Shown here: positions 37,830 through 51,705 of the stretch, in pieces
How the letters are laid out: every line of letters begins with the position of its first letter
How positions within the stretch are numbered: the stretch's first letter is position 1
Assembly (NCBI RefSeq): GCF_902459465.1
Contig: NC_047083.1
Location: 3,286,001-3,350,000 of the forward strand
DNA from: Asterias rubens
Taxonomy: Eukaryota
DNA length: 64,000 bases
Reading direction: 5' to 3'
Position numbers and translations under genes: made by a program
The notes under the pieces: model-generated
Told to the model about the DNA's origin: nothing
The model's database searches: none
The model's input: the letters and a program-made list of their open reading frames with translations, nothing else

Positions 37830-39977
37830 AGATACGAGCCAAAAATTTCATAAAATCTAAGTAAACTACTGTCTGATCTGATAAAACTGAACGCTGAAAT
37901 TTACTTGCATTTTTACACATCAATTTCAATAAAAAAGAAAACAAAGAAGGCTTAATCAGATTGGAGTACCTCGAGGTGAATTACTGAAACAAACTCTGAC
38001 TAAAAAGGCTTTAAGTAGTGACATCTTTCATCATAAGACTGCGGCAAAACAAAACAAAAATCAGTTACATGTATGTTTTCTTTTTTATTTATTTGTTTTC
38101 ACCTAAAAAAGCTACTTTCAACATGCATAAATTGTTTAAAGTGCACAAAACATTGTTCTACCTAAAGTATTGTAAAGCCCGGTTCATACTTCCTGGGAAT
38201 GCGAATGCGAAGCGAATGTTGACGTCACAAATTCGCAACAAATATTCGCGGAAGTTGGCCTGTGCTCGACTCTTGCAAATATTCGCAGCGAAAACAGAGT
38301 TGTGACGTCAAATTCACGCCATAGTCGCTTCGCTTTCGCATTCGTAGGAAGTTTAACGTACTCTAGCACTAGCAGGATGGCTGTTAGAAAAAGGTCAAGA
38401 TTAATTTCAACTAAAAAATGTCAGCCATTTTTTGTTTTTAGGTGGCCACTTTAGGAAGAAATAAAACTATTTTAAAAATTGCAAAGATTAATTTATTAGT
38501 CAATTTTATAATCTTTGCAATGCAAAAACAGAGAAGCATACTGAACTTACAATCCAGAGGAAATCGAGTCACTGTCTTCAAAGAATTCATCTTAACCGTT
38601 GGTAGTTCCCACAGGGTTGCTGAAAAAGAGAAAGCCACACCAATAAATTTCTTTAAAAAACTTTTTTTATAGTCTCGTCTTGTCATGTTAGATGCCTTGC
38701 AAATAAACTGCATTTACTCTGCCACATAACTATCTTTTGTTTTCCTTTTGTGATTGAGCTTTCACCTCAACCATCACATAACCTTTTAAAATAAATCAAC
38801 ACCTTTGAGTTTGACTTGTGTTTGATGAACCACCCTCGATAACCAATTAAAAAACATTCCTGGTTTCATCCATTTGATAGAGAAAATGTTTATCACAACT
38901 TGTTTTTTTGATACAAACATTACTTATCTTGGAAAGTCTAACACAAATCTGATAACTTACATTTTAATTAAAACAGAGGGAAGGGTTTGTTGTTCATGGA
39001 ACTCCTTATCCACAGGTGTTGAAACAGCATGGTAGAGTAGGCCTATCTAGATGCACTGCCACCACTAGGACTAAGTAAAATGTAGGAATAAAAAAATAGC
39101 TTATTTTCAGTGACTGACTGAACAAATTCACAGAGACAGAGGCCAGTCTCAGTTTTTGCCTGGCTTTTTTTTCAAGGCCCTAAAATTTTAACAAGGTGAA
39201 AGAGAAATAATTTCGTAAAACTGTCAAAATCATGAGTTCACAGAGATTTCAGAGTGCTTTTGACGTAGCTAAACTGTGACCAACGATACTATTATTAGTG
39301 GTATCGTTGGAATGCCACACGAAGATTTTCCGATTTGACGGTGAAGATTTTCTTATTGAAAAAAAAAAAAAAAAATCAGATGATGAAATGACAAGTTTGT
39401 TGGATTCTAAATTAAACAAAATACTCACTTCATTGGGCTTGAACTGGCCATAGTGCTGGTCTCAGGCATGACTTAGCTTACGTGTGTGTGTTCGTGCGTG
39501 TGTCTAGAGCAGCAACGTGGCCAACTCATCGACGTGAATAACACTACAACCTCGTATGCTTGGCTCATCTCCACGGAGGGTTAATTTGGTGCGCTTTGCG
39601 CGGCGAGATCGATCATCCTTGAGAACGACGTTTGCTGCGAACCAGTAACCGACCGTTCGCGAATTATTTACGCGTGCCGAATTGAGAAAACAAAATAACT
39701 ATTATTGGTCGTGTGAGGGCAGTATCTACGAAATTGATTCAAAAAATTAATAAAACGCTACCGGAGCGATAAAGTCCGATCGGAAAATTACTTTTCTTTC
39801 TTTCTCATCAAATATGGCATTATGGACGGAAATATTTCAAGGGATGTTTTCTACTATCATTATCATTAGACCGTGTAAGTATTATGTAAATCTGTGATCT
39901 TAGGAATTTTTTACGAGGTTTTTTCTTACCAATTCTGTACCCCCCCTTTAAGTGAATGCCATTATCCTTTTTGTTAA

Positions 39978-40356
39978 AGACAGTGGACACTATTGGTAAT
40001 TGTCCAAGTCTAGTCTTTATTTGGTGTATATCAACATAATGCATAAAACAACGAACCTGCGAAAATTTGGGCTCAATCGGTCATCGAAGTTGCGAGATAT
40101 TAATGAAAGAGAAACACACCCTTGTCACACGAAATTGTGTGCATTTAGATGGTTGATTTCGAAACCTCAAATTTCTAAGTCTGAGGTCTCGAAATCAAAT
40201 TCGTGGAAAAGTACTTCTTTCTCGAAAACTATGGCACTTCGGAGGGAGCCATTTCTCACAATGTTTTACACCATCAACCTCTCCCCATTACTGGTCACCA
40301 AGAAAGGTTTTATGCTAATAACTATTTTGAGTGATTACCAATAGTGTCCACTGCCT
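39978..40356. mobile_element. Kolobok-type MITE family A
   Basis: TTAA-flanked with terminal inverted repeats. Confidence 0.85.
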
Positions 40357-41167
40357 TTAAGCGAATACCATTATCCTTTTTGTTAAAATGAATGCATTTC
40401 TTGTGCGCAGTTCATGTAATCCCACCAAACCCATGGTATTCTATCGAATCTGTTATTCTAAACATTGTACGCTAAGCTATGTCCTCAGTAAGTCAATAAA
40501 AACAATTTTAAACCAGTATCACGGTGATTTGCATATTTATTTATGGAGATATGGTTTAGTGATACCATGAAACCTCTGAACCAAAGATAATAGCAAGATA
40601 TATTCCAAGGACAAAAGTGTTAAGGGGTTATTTTGAGTTGATGATTTAACCGTTCGATTGTTTCAATTCTAAAGAAAATGTAAATGGGGATTGTTTACAA
40701 ATAAACTAGATCGTGTGGAAATTTAGCTTTAAAGGCAGTGGACACTGTTGGTAATAACCCAAAATATTTGTTAGCATATAAACTTTTGGTAACAAGCAAT
40801 GTGGAGCTGTTGTTAGTATAAAACATTGTGAGAAACGGCTTCCTCTGAAGTGACGTCGTTTTCGAGAAAGAGGTAATTTTCCACGAATTTGATTTCGAGA
40901 CCTCAAATTTAGAATTTGAGGTCTCGAAATCAAGCATCTGAAAGCACACAACTTCGTGGTGACAAGGAGTTTGTTGTCTTTCATTTATATCTCACAACTT
41001 CACTGACGTCAGATGTTTAGAGCTACTGCTGTTGATTGCGGCGGCAGAGCTGTGGGTGGCGGTAGATGTGTACAGCGCCACCATGCGACAATGCACAACT
41101 ACAAGAAGAAACATAATCGCACACTTGGTCCTGAAAGTTCGATTACGCATGTGACTTTTACAGTCCA

Positions 41168-42166
41168 TTTTTAGCTGTTTCGTAGCGCTAGCTGTTTCGT
41201 AGCGCAGCGCAGCGAAACAGCTATTGTTTTTGTTCGGTTTTATTTGGTTGTTTCAAGATTATTCAGTACTCGCATTTTTTTGCATGGTTCCTAAAATTAA
41301 AGAGCAATTGCAATGAAACTTTCAGTGATGAAGTGCATTGGTGCAAGGAGGGTCCTAAAAGAAACTCGTCATGATGACGTTTATCACCGGTCACGTGACG
41401 TCATCTTAAAGGTGTTTTATTTAAATCTTTGAAAATCTATATCAAATCAACGACAAGAGACCGTAGCTTTCTGTTAACGGGACTGGGTAGGGATTAATTG
41501 GGTCTTCATTTTATTTCATGTGCGTGACCTCACATGACCTCTACTTCCGGTCGAAACTGGCCAAAAACGGTAGTGCCCTGTAACTCAAAAGTGGTAACAC
41601 TTACGAAGTTGCTTTGGACGTAAGTGTCTAGCGAGGGTGGGCAGTTCAAAAAAAGTTTGATGACGTCATAAATTGCAACAGCGCCCTCTAGTGGCAGGTT
41701 GAAATTTCTTCAAAATGGACTTTCACTTTAAATCACTTTAAATTGTACACACACGTTTACTGTCTGGCAGGCATCATATGTGTTAAGTTTCAGATCAATA
41801 ACGTCATCGGGAGTCACGTGACGCGGTATTAAAGGTGCACTTTTTGAAGTCGTATAACTCCCGGAGTGATAATGCGACTTTGTTGAAACTTGGTAGGTTG
41901 TTAGACATTGGCAAGTTCTTGTGAATTATGTGATGACGTTATAATGACGTCATCACATGATTTCTTACGATATTTTTCATTTGTTGCACCTTTAACTCAT
42001 TAATTGCTAACTGTACATGGTATAATCTAAATTATTTTGTTAAGTAGCCAGGATTGGTCATAACTGCTTTGTTTATTAAAATGTCAATTTCAGATGAGAA
42101 ATTCGAAAATGTTATTAACGAAACAGCTCTGCATTTGTGCACAAATGCAATCAGGTCTAAGTTTTT
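41168..42166 (+). mobile_element. Helentron-associated non-autonomous element (HINE/DINE-1-like)
   Basis: 5' TAGCTGTTTCG...CGAAACAGCTA inverted pair, 3' sub-terminal CGAAACAGCT (42119-28), hairpin TGCATTTGT-GC-ACAAATGCA and T-rich end. Confidence 0.7.
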
Positions 42167-44191
42167 GTTTAGTGCGTTAAAAACAGAACCTATCACTTAA
42201 TATTATTCAAAGACGCATGTAACATGTCATTGGGTCGTGCCGGAGTGTGTTCCTCCTGTCGTTGCCAACGTTTGTTGAAGTTGAAAGTTGAAGTTGAAAC
42301 GGTGTATTTGTTGCCATATTATTATTATGTGACCCAACCAAGGGTGTGACGCTGCCCGCAAGCCGTAATTCAATTGACATGGCAAAGACCAATGGTTGGT
42401 GTGGCAATTCAACGAAGCAAACTTCCCCCCCCCCCGCCCCCATAGACCTTTTCGCAAAATACTCAGTACTCGCACGTTAGGTGTGGGATGAGGTGCATGC
42501 TGGTCTATAGTGACCACGTTTGGAGTGCGTTTTGGCGACCCCAACCAAAGCCTAACCACTAACGAGTCGGTTACCGGTTGGTCTGAACCGCATTGTCACC
42601 GCGTTCAACCTAACGCGCGAACACGCCCAACCGATAACCAAAGTTTCTGGTTCGGTCGCAAAAAAAAAAAAGAAAAAAACACTCCTAGAGTGCATTTTTG
42701 ACATTTCGAAAATAACTCATTCCAAGTGGATATTTTGAGATAATTATTTGGAACACAGATGTGCACTGCCACCAGAGTTTACGTGGCGAACAATTACAGG
42801 TGACGCATGACTCTGTTATAACAAAACAATCAATTATCTTTTCGAGAGGTTTATATAATATGGCAAATGACACTTTCAAAAACACGTTTCACTATTTGAA
42901 GTGCACCAGCACGTGCACCAACAACAGTTTTAAGTAAAGTCACGAAACAAAATCAATGTTGACATCCCGGGCGCCAGATTAAAACAACATAAAATTAGTC
43001 CTACGCAATGTATGTGGAGCCATCGTACTTTAAGAGTAAAGGGGGGGGGGGCATGATAGGACGACCTATTTAGAAAAAAAAGGCTGGCCTAAATGTTGAT
43101 GCAGATCACTGACTGTCATCCACCCTAGCCACGTCAACTACATGGACGTGTTTGTTTGTTTGTTGCCCTTTGGAGTGTACCCCGTCTAATGTTTTTTTTT
43201 TTTTTTTTAACTTGCTCAAAATTGTATTTATTTCATGTACCTTTGTAGTCTCTTAATGTATTCCGGTTTTTGTTATTATGCAAACGTTTCAACTAGCAGA
43301 CCACTATTTGGGGAGGCTATTTATCAATATTGTTATTAAGTACTGGTTCAGGCTTTAATTATGCTGCGGCATTGTCTGGTTACACTGCGAGTCAAACCAT
43401 CGTCTTGGTTCCAAGACCATTGGTGTTGCGCGGTCACACACAACCAACGTTCCGATTATGCACGGCAAAAGCTGTACACGCTTGTAATGAACGAACGCTA
43501 GCGGGCGCTCTGTTTCTCTGATTTAGATCTCACTATGTCTAGAGTCTGTGCTCACCAAGGTCTTGGACATTTTGCAAATTGAAGGCGTGGCCAGACTATG
43601 TAAATGACTTTTAATGTATGCAATATTCATATCACGTGACGAATTGAAGATGACTATTCAACTAGATCGAGTCAAAGGTCAATATGATCGGCGCTCTATT
43701 TTTAATAGAAAACAGTGAAATTTCAAGTATAGACTACTAATTCAGATTATGGATACGTGACGATTTGAAATCGTAAATAATGGTCAAAATCGAACGTAAG
43801 ATAAGCAATCAGAGTGTCCGTGCATTAAACCATGGTTTATGATACAAAGTGCAGTTTGCACCACTACTTTTCAAGGCAATTATCGATCAATAATTAAATT
43901 ATCTGGAGTTTAGAAGTATTCAAAAATAGTTCAAAGGAATCAATTTAAATTGCGCATTATTATTTTGTAGCTCTATTGATCAGAATGCACTTTGTACAAT
44001 GGTTAAAACAAAGGTATGATGTTTGATCACCCGGGGGGGGGGGGCTGTTACAAATCAGCCATGTGATTGCTCGGGGAAAATAACATAAATGAAACATGCA
44101 TTGAACTTGCTTTATCATACACCGTATACTGCATGTCACACATCATATTCACTTCAGGTATAGCACAAAATAATCAGACACCTTACGGAAA

Positions 44192-47100
44192 ATGAAGACT
44201 CCGTGTTTTGTAAGCTTGACGAGGGACGATTCAGCCCGATGGTACCGGATGGGAGTAGACAGCGGGTATGAGGGTAGATACCCATACGTCTGGTTGAGGG
44301 ATAACTGCCGATGCTCTCAGTGTTACCACCCATCGTCCTGGCAAAGGACTTCTAAAGTGGCCGACTTGGATCCAGACGCGATACCATCAAGCGAGGAGCT
44401 AATCGACGATGGCAGAGTCTTGAGGGTCATCTGGCCCGATGGGCACCGCAGTGAGTTCAGCGCCGAGTGGCTAAATCGCCAGCGGTTCTCGGAGTCCGAG
44501 AAAGACGTGGTGAGTAGTCCTGAGCTGCAGAGGTGGGGAGGGGAGCTAAACCGCAATATACCCACCTTCGCCTTCAAGAAACTGATTCAGGATGACGAGG
44601 AGTTGTACAACTGGCTCAACGTATTGACTACGAAGGGTCTAGCAATCGTAAATGACGCACCACTAGAGACGGGAGCTGGTGAACAACTAGCAGAAAAAGT
44701 GGCTTATCTGAAAACAACCATTTATGGGTGAGATCCATTGAGATTCACACTTGGCTCTCTATGTTCCCTCAAGATACGTTTTCAATCCCTCAAAACACGC
44801 TTCTTTCCCTCAATCCGTCGAAATGTGCTTTTATTCCTTCAAAATACGTTTAATCATTGTTGATTTTTTTCAAGACACTGGACACTATTGGTAACTTGTG
44901 TCAAATACCAGTCTTCTCACTTGCTGTATCTCAACATACACATACATGTACAATAACAAACCTGTTAAGATTTGAGCTCAATCTGTCATCGATTTAGTAT
45001 GTGTACCCCCCCCCCCCCAACCCCCCCCCCCCCCCCATTTTGGGGGTATTTGTGTTGTGTTTATAGGACGATCTTTGGATTTCGAAGAAAAAATTACTCA
45101 TACACAAAATTGAAGTGATCCTGTTAGTTGTCTCTTGTGACAATAATTTAAACAAACCCACCCCAATCCCCACAATCACATGGTTAATTCATTGAATACT
45201 GTATTGATAATTCTTTGTAATTTCAGTAAGCAGTTTCAAGTGTCCAGTAAACATGATGCGAGTAACCTTGCCTTCACAAACATTGCTCTCGGATTACACA
45301 CAGATCTGCCGTACTACCATTACACGCCAGGGGTGAGTTATTTTTTTTGTATAAAAAGGTTGCAATAAATTATTTAAAAAATCTGCCTTTTTTATCAGGA
45401 AATTTTGAAAACACAGTCATGATTATACGGACGCGTGAGAGTATGCGTCAGAGCAGCGTACACTTATACACGCCGCTGATATTTTGTTTTCAAATTAATA
45501 TTAAGGAGCTTTCGATTCGGGACGGTAGGGCTACAAGACGGAATGTTACCGAACGCGGAGGTCCGGGCGCTCTCCCTCCCGACCTTTATTGTTAGCTGTT
45601 TCGATTACTAGCAGTGGACTAGACTGTCAGATCCAGTGATTTCATTGGATACAATGATATTGGATAAACGTGCACCCATTATTATTAATAGAATTTGACT
45701 ACGGGTATCTCTATGTGAAATTAATGGGGTCAAAGGTTAAAACACACGTCAGGTTTTGATGCCGGTCTCTGGCGTTATATATTCACGAGCCTCGAAGTGT
45801 GACTTCAGATGTTCAGGCTAGTTGTGGACCGGACGGTGACACGGCCACTGGATTACGGTTTAGTGCAGTGTGTAACAACTATAAAAACGTGTATTAGACA
45901 CCACTCGGTCGTGCTTCATTTACAGACAGAACGTTATTTCACCAAGAGACCATCCTCACACCTCTTCGCAGGACGGTTACATGTTTATAGTTCCACGCAT
46001 GCGCCGATAATTTTTTTTTTAACTCCGTGACCGTCCCCTCGATTCGCCTGCCGTTCTGAATCGAAAGCTCCCTATGCACGGCCGGGCGAAGGTTTGAAAA
46101 AATTCACAATTTTTTTTTTCTTCGCAATTGACAACTAGCTTTCATTGGGTGCGTTCGTTTAGCTTCCCTGGGTCGCCCCCGGTCTGCCCCGGTATGTTCA
46201 AATAGCTTTGACGGGGCTCATCCGGCCGGGTCAGCCCCCAGTGCCCCGCTTGTGGAGTGGGTCACTTGGGGGTGACCTGATGTGCATGCCGTCACCGCGA
46301 GAGGGCGAGTGTGGTCGTTTGATTAGCTCCTGTTAGGGGCTCACCCGAGTGAGAACAGCGGGGTCGACCCAGGGAAGCTAAACGAACGCACCCACATGTC
46401 TCAAAAATCAAACTTAAGGCAATGGTACGATAGTCGCAACAATAAATTAATCATTAGCTATCCTGGACATTAATGTACTAACCCCAGCTGATACTTGACC
46501 ATAGATTCAAATGCTGCACTGCATTGTCCAGGTAAACGGCCATGGTGGAGAAAACCAATTTGTGGACGGACTGAACGTTGCAGAGCAAATCAGAACAGAG
46601 TTCCCGGATGCTTACAAACTCCTCACGACGCAGAATGTCAACTTTCGGGATGTTGGTGATGATTGTCGAGCGTACCATGTAAAAACCGATCGACCAATAA
46701 TTGAGTATGTTAATATCGCTACATGTACTCTTAACCTAGAGATGTTGAGAACTCAGTGCGAGGGGGAGGGGACTCTAGCATTGGCAATGTGAGACTTTTG
46801 AACGCCAGGTGGCAGCAGACTTTACCAGGTAAAAAAACATGTTTTCGTAGTTCTGCGCACGCGCACGTATACCGAGAACAACTGATTTACCTGGTAAGTT
46901 TGCTGCCACCTAGCGTCTTAAAAGTCCCCCATTAATTAGACACAACTCAGATACCTCACTAGGCCAAGATTAACAAAGATGTAGGGCAGAAAATAATGCT
47001 TGACAAAATTTCTTTGCTAGCTAATAATGAGTCGCAATACTGTTCAACGAGTTTTTGAAAAAACACATTTCTGCACTAAACTATTTTCTTGCAACTTTGA

Positions 47101-48122
47101 TGACAAACATTGTGCTTAAATTAAAGGAACACATTGCATGCCTTAAATCAGTCGAGTTGGTCTCAGAAAAGCGTTTTCAACCGTTTGTTTTAAAATGCAT
47201 AATGATTAGAAAGATATTTTAAAAGTAGAATACAATGATCCACACAAACATGCCTCGAAATTGCACCGTTTTCCTGTTATCTCGTCGACTAACACGGTCG
47301 GCCATTTATGGGAGTCCCATAAATGGCCGACCGTGTCAGTTCGCAAAGTAAAAGGAAAACCACGCAATTTCGAGACATATTTGTGTTGATCATTGTATTC
47401 TACTTTTAAAACATCTTTCTAACCATATGCATTTTATAACAAACGGTTGAAAACGCTTCTCAAAGACCAACTCGACCGATCCAAGGCAACGAAAGACCAA
47501 CTCGACCGATCCAAGGCAACGTGTTCCTTTAATGTTCATAGGCGTGTTGTTTTATGCATGTTGGGATACAACAATTTGAGGATACTGATCTTTTACAATA
47601 CAACAGTATACCGTGTCTCATTATGGGTTTAAATAAAGCTATCGGTACCTTTTATGTACATTAATTTGCGATTAAATTAAAAAAATCCTATACAAATTTT
47701 CCGAGCATGCAGAGCGCCGCCTTTTTTCCGTATTAGAATACTTCTTGTTCCATTCGTTTATAATGTTTTATTCGAGGTACACCAAATCTGATGAATTTCA
47801 TCGCATCACTTACAATGACCAGGCGAGGGCGCCCTCTATGACTCTACCAGTGGAGAAGGTGACTGAGATGTACAACGCTATCAAGATTTTCAATCAAGTC
47901 ATGTATCGACCAGAAAATCTCGTTCAACACCGGCTCATTGCAGGTAGGTGGGTATACAAGCAGGAAGAGTAACGATGAGAAGCCCCGTAGACTTGACCCA
48001 AACCCCAATCCCGTGCCATGCCATAGCTAGAAAACTATTACTAAATAATATAATAATAATAATAATAATAATAATAAGACGTGTAATGCGCACATATCCA
48101 CCCTGCTGGGTGTTCAATGCGC

Positions 48123-48157
<35 letters not shown>

Positions 48158-49569
48158 ATAACACAAAGAAAAACAGACACAACAAAATTAATCCTTTAAA
48201 TAAGATGTTTTGAGAAGAGACTTGAATTTTTCAGTACAAAGACAAGATCGAAGATTAAGTGGTAGAGAGTTCCAGATGCGTGGCGCGGCTGAAGAAAAAG
48301 ACATGTCACCCCATGAAGGTCCAGACTTGGGTTCAATGAGGAGAGAGATGGAACTTGATCGAAGATTCCTTGATTCCTTATTGTCTTATGCATGCATTCT
48401 CCAACCTGGTCCGCACTCTTTGACGGCTTGTTTGCTAGTAATGCAGGACGTTTCACACCGCACGAGAAGGATGACTTGAATCAAGTCTAGAAGCCCCGTA
48501 AAGGAAAGTGCACGTTTCGAAATAACTGATGAAACCAAAAGATCCATGGTTTCGAGAAAAGCTCTAATATCGTCAGACCGGTGGCGCAAATTGCGCTGCG
48601 GTGTCCATTACAAGTCTACGCCAACCATCTCTATCCGCTGCTGATCTTGATGCAGCGGCCATCCCTGTCATGTAAACAAACTAAGGTACTTCATTAACCT
48701 GCTCCTGGTCAACTCCCACCTGCTCCTAAAATCCTCATTGGTGGACAAGAACTTAAAAACGTGGTGCACTTTGCCTATCTCGGCAGTCAACTTTCCCAGA
48801 AAGCCAACATCTCAGAAGTGCACGCGTTTATAATATCGTGTTGCTGACTGTACTTCTCGTGCATTTGTATAGCGCGTTTAATAGACCGATCCAGTAGGCG
48901 CCGCCCACGACGCACGTGTGAGCAAGAACACGTGGAGCTCTCCATGCTTTCTGCACAACTCTGCCGCGCGCGCCAAGATACGCGCACGCATGTCGGACCT
49001 TAGTGTCGGACCTTCGTTGCGTTGTGATTTCCTCAGTGCGAAGTGCTATGATTGCGCACATGACGTCATTGACCGCATGCTGTGATGACGTAAAGCGCAT
49101 GGTACGAGCTGCGCGCAACTCTCAGCCAATGATAGCCGTTCACTCGTGCACGCTTCATTTACAATGGCAGCAAATGCAAGAGAATAATTGTTTTTGCTAG
49201 CTCTCTTTGCAACATAAACTTCGGAATGCTAGGTGGCGGCAGACTTACCGGGTAATGTTCATTGTCGATTTAGTTCAGAGAGGACGCACATAATCCCGAG
49301 AGCAATGAATTTACCCGGTATGTTTGCTGCCAACTAGCATCTCAAAAGCCCCTCGTTACCGTATTATTATTGATTGTATTTTTGTTTTCTTTTAATTAAC
49401 AGGTCAGATAGCTACTTTCCACAACACTCGTGTCCTACATGGTAGAAGTGCCTTTAAAGTAGCAGAAGCTGGCCGGCGACATCTTGAATGTGGGTACATT
49501 GATTGGGACGAGGCTCATTCACGCATGCGTGTTCTTCGAGAGAAGCTTTTTGGCGACAAACGTCTTTAA
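44192..49569 (+). CDS. BBOX1: Gamma-butyrobetaine dioxygenase-like paralogue C; true N-terminus uncertain
   Basis: Exons 44192-44727, 45227-45332, 46505-46704, 47777-47943, 49403-49569, phases consistent. HTDLPYY, VLHGRS, RHLECGYIDWD. Confidence 0.88.
47125..47528. mobile_element. Kolobok-type MITE family D (TIR AGGAACACGTTGCC); other copies at ~23609-23986, ~24338-24681 and 32031-32403
   Basis: TTAA-flanked TIRs; internal hairpin ATGGGAGTC...CCCAT. Confidence 0.85.
48045..48590 (-). mobile_element. L2-clade LINE 3' fragment with (ATT)n tail
   Basis: The - strand encodes WGDMSFSSAAPRIWNSLPLNLRSCLCTEKFKSLLKT, typical of an L2/CR1 ORF2 C-terminus. Confidence 0.8.
48665..48810 (+). mobile_element. 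RTE-clade LINE reverse-transcriptase fragment
   Basis: KTKVLH*PAPG..PKILIGGQELKNVVHFAYLGSQLSQKANISEV. Confidence 0.7.
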
Positions 49570-50155
49570 ACATTTCTAAAGATGACCGTGAGCGCATTTT
49601 AGGGTTCGTTTGATTCATCACATTCCTTCCTTCTATTTTGGTCTCGCTATAAGGCACTGTGTACGTTTGGTAATTGTCAAAGACCAGTGTTCTCATTTCA
49701 TGTATCCCATCACCAGCATAAAATAACAAACCTGTGAAAATTTGGGCTCAATTGGTCATCGGGAAAATGATGAAAGAAAAAAAAACATGAGTTTGTGTGC
49801 TTTCAGATAGGAATAAGTCTTTTCTACGTTACTTCAGAGGGAGTAATTTCCCACAATGTTTTATTCTATCAACAGCCTTCCAATGATCGTTACCAAGTCA
49901 ATTTTTAAGTTAATACATGTATTTGTTTTGAGTAAGTACCAAACATGTACCTTCCCTTTAAACATGGGCTACATGATAATTTTAATATTTGAACTATATT
50001 GCCCCTTTTTGGCCAAATATACATCGTAGATACCGGTTTAGAACCATTTTACGCTTAAACTCGCCGCGTGGCTTTTTCTACCGATAGTCAAAACTGCTTA
50101 TCTATGATAATGATATGCAACGACTCCTCGACTTCGGGCCGAGTTGACAGATACA

Positions 50156-50350
50156 GGGGTGGATTTCACAAAGGTAGTCCTAACTTTGGACTAGTCCTAG
50201 GCAATGGTAAGAGATAGGACTGGTCCTAAGTTAGGACCAGTAACTCATCCTAACTTAGGACCAGTCCTCATCCTAACTTAGGACCAGTCCTATCTCTTAG
50301 CATTGCCTATGACTAGTTCTAAGTTAGGACTACCTTTGTGAAATCCACCC
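50156..50350. mobile_element. Palindromic MITE with TIR GGGTGGATTTCACAAAG and internal CCTAACTTAGGAC repeats
   Basis: Near-perfect fold-back sequence. Confidence 0.8.
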
Positions 50351-51705
50351 CTGGCAACCCAGTACCACAAAGCAATAGTTTTCTGATATTTAGGCTTCAT
50401 GTAACTTGTTTGTAGGAAGCATGTATCTTTTTATTTAGGACTAGGGTATGGGGTCAGGATTGCAAATTTAAAGCCATTGGACACTTTCGGTAAACAGTAT
50501 TGTCCAAAGCCCACACTTCGTGTATCACAACTGATATAAAAAATAACAAACCTGTGAACATTTAGGCTCAATCGGAGTCGGGAGAAATAACGAGGAAAAA
50601 CCCACCCTTGTTTCCACACGTTTCGCCGTGTCATGACATGTGTTTAAAATAAATCCGTAATTCTCGCTATCGAGAATTGATGTTGTTTTAATGTTTTCTC
50701 GAAAAGTAAAGCATTTCATGGAATAATATTTCAAGAGAAGTCTTTCACAATTACCTTCTGTAAACGCTGTAAGTTATGTGTAAATCTGTGAACTTTTGTT
50801 TCTGTGCCGAAAGTGTACGAGCGCTACTTATGAAGCCACTGTTATTATTGCTAGTACACAAATGTATTATTATATATTATTTTAATTATTATTGTTTGGA
50901 AATTAACAAAATAAAACATCCCCCAAAAACTGGTTATCTTTATGATTATTTTCCATTTCTTTATTTAAACCCACCCCCCAAAAAAAAAAAAAAAAAAAAA
51001 AAACACATACAAATAATCTTTAAAGTCATTGTATTCAAATATTATGTTCTGCAGCCAAATATTTGATCAAACATTCCAAGGTGTGAATAGTCTTGGTGAA
51101 AGCAATTCTCGTTTTCTTTTCACGCACAGCGCGGCCACATCGATCGCCCGTATACATGTACATGTACATGTACACTCGCCACCTAACCCCTGCGACCACC
51201 GGTGAGTGGGCTTAAGGCCGAGTCACACTGCAGCGATAACGGAAACGATAACGATCACGCCGCAAAGAGAACGCATTCTATTGGTTGAATGAGCGTGTGC
51301 GTATTCTGAGTGGAGCAGTTCAACCAATAGAATGCGTTCTCTCTGCGTTGTGATCGTTTTCGTTATCGCTTAAGTCAGGCGCGTGTATACGGCTGGTCTA
51401 CGTGCTGTTGGCGAGTTGGCCGCATTGTGCGTGAAAGGAAAACAAGTAGCGTCTTGCACCAAGACTAAGGTGTGATTGGTAAATAAATCATACAATTTTC
51501 CCCCTAAAGAGTGGTCTGCTTGCCAAATACCAAATCAAACACTGGAGGATCAGTCAGCATTCACTCAAAGCGGTTCAGCTAGTTCACTGTTGAAAGCGTC
51601 TCTGTTTAGTATCAAGTACAGACTGGACAAGCTAACTGATCCTGCTGGCCAGTCACTGTATACTTATCATGGCAAACCCTGTCGTACACATGTAGGTAAC
51701 CTTAA

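Noticed and set aside
39520-39660. 5.8S rRNA or snRNA-like sequence
   Set aside because: No match to conserved 5.8S or snRNA motifs on either strand, and no convincing C/D box pair nearby.
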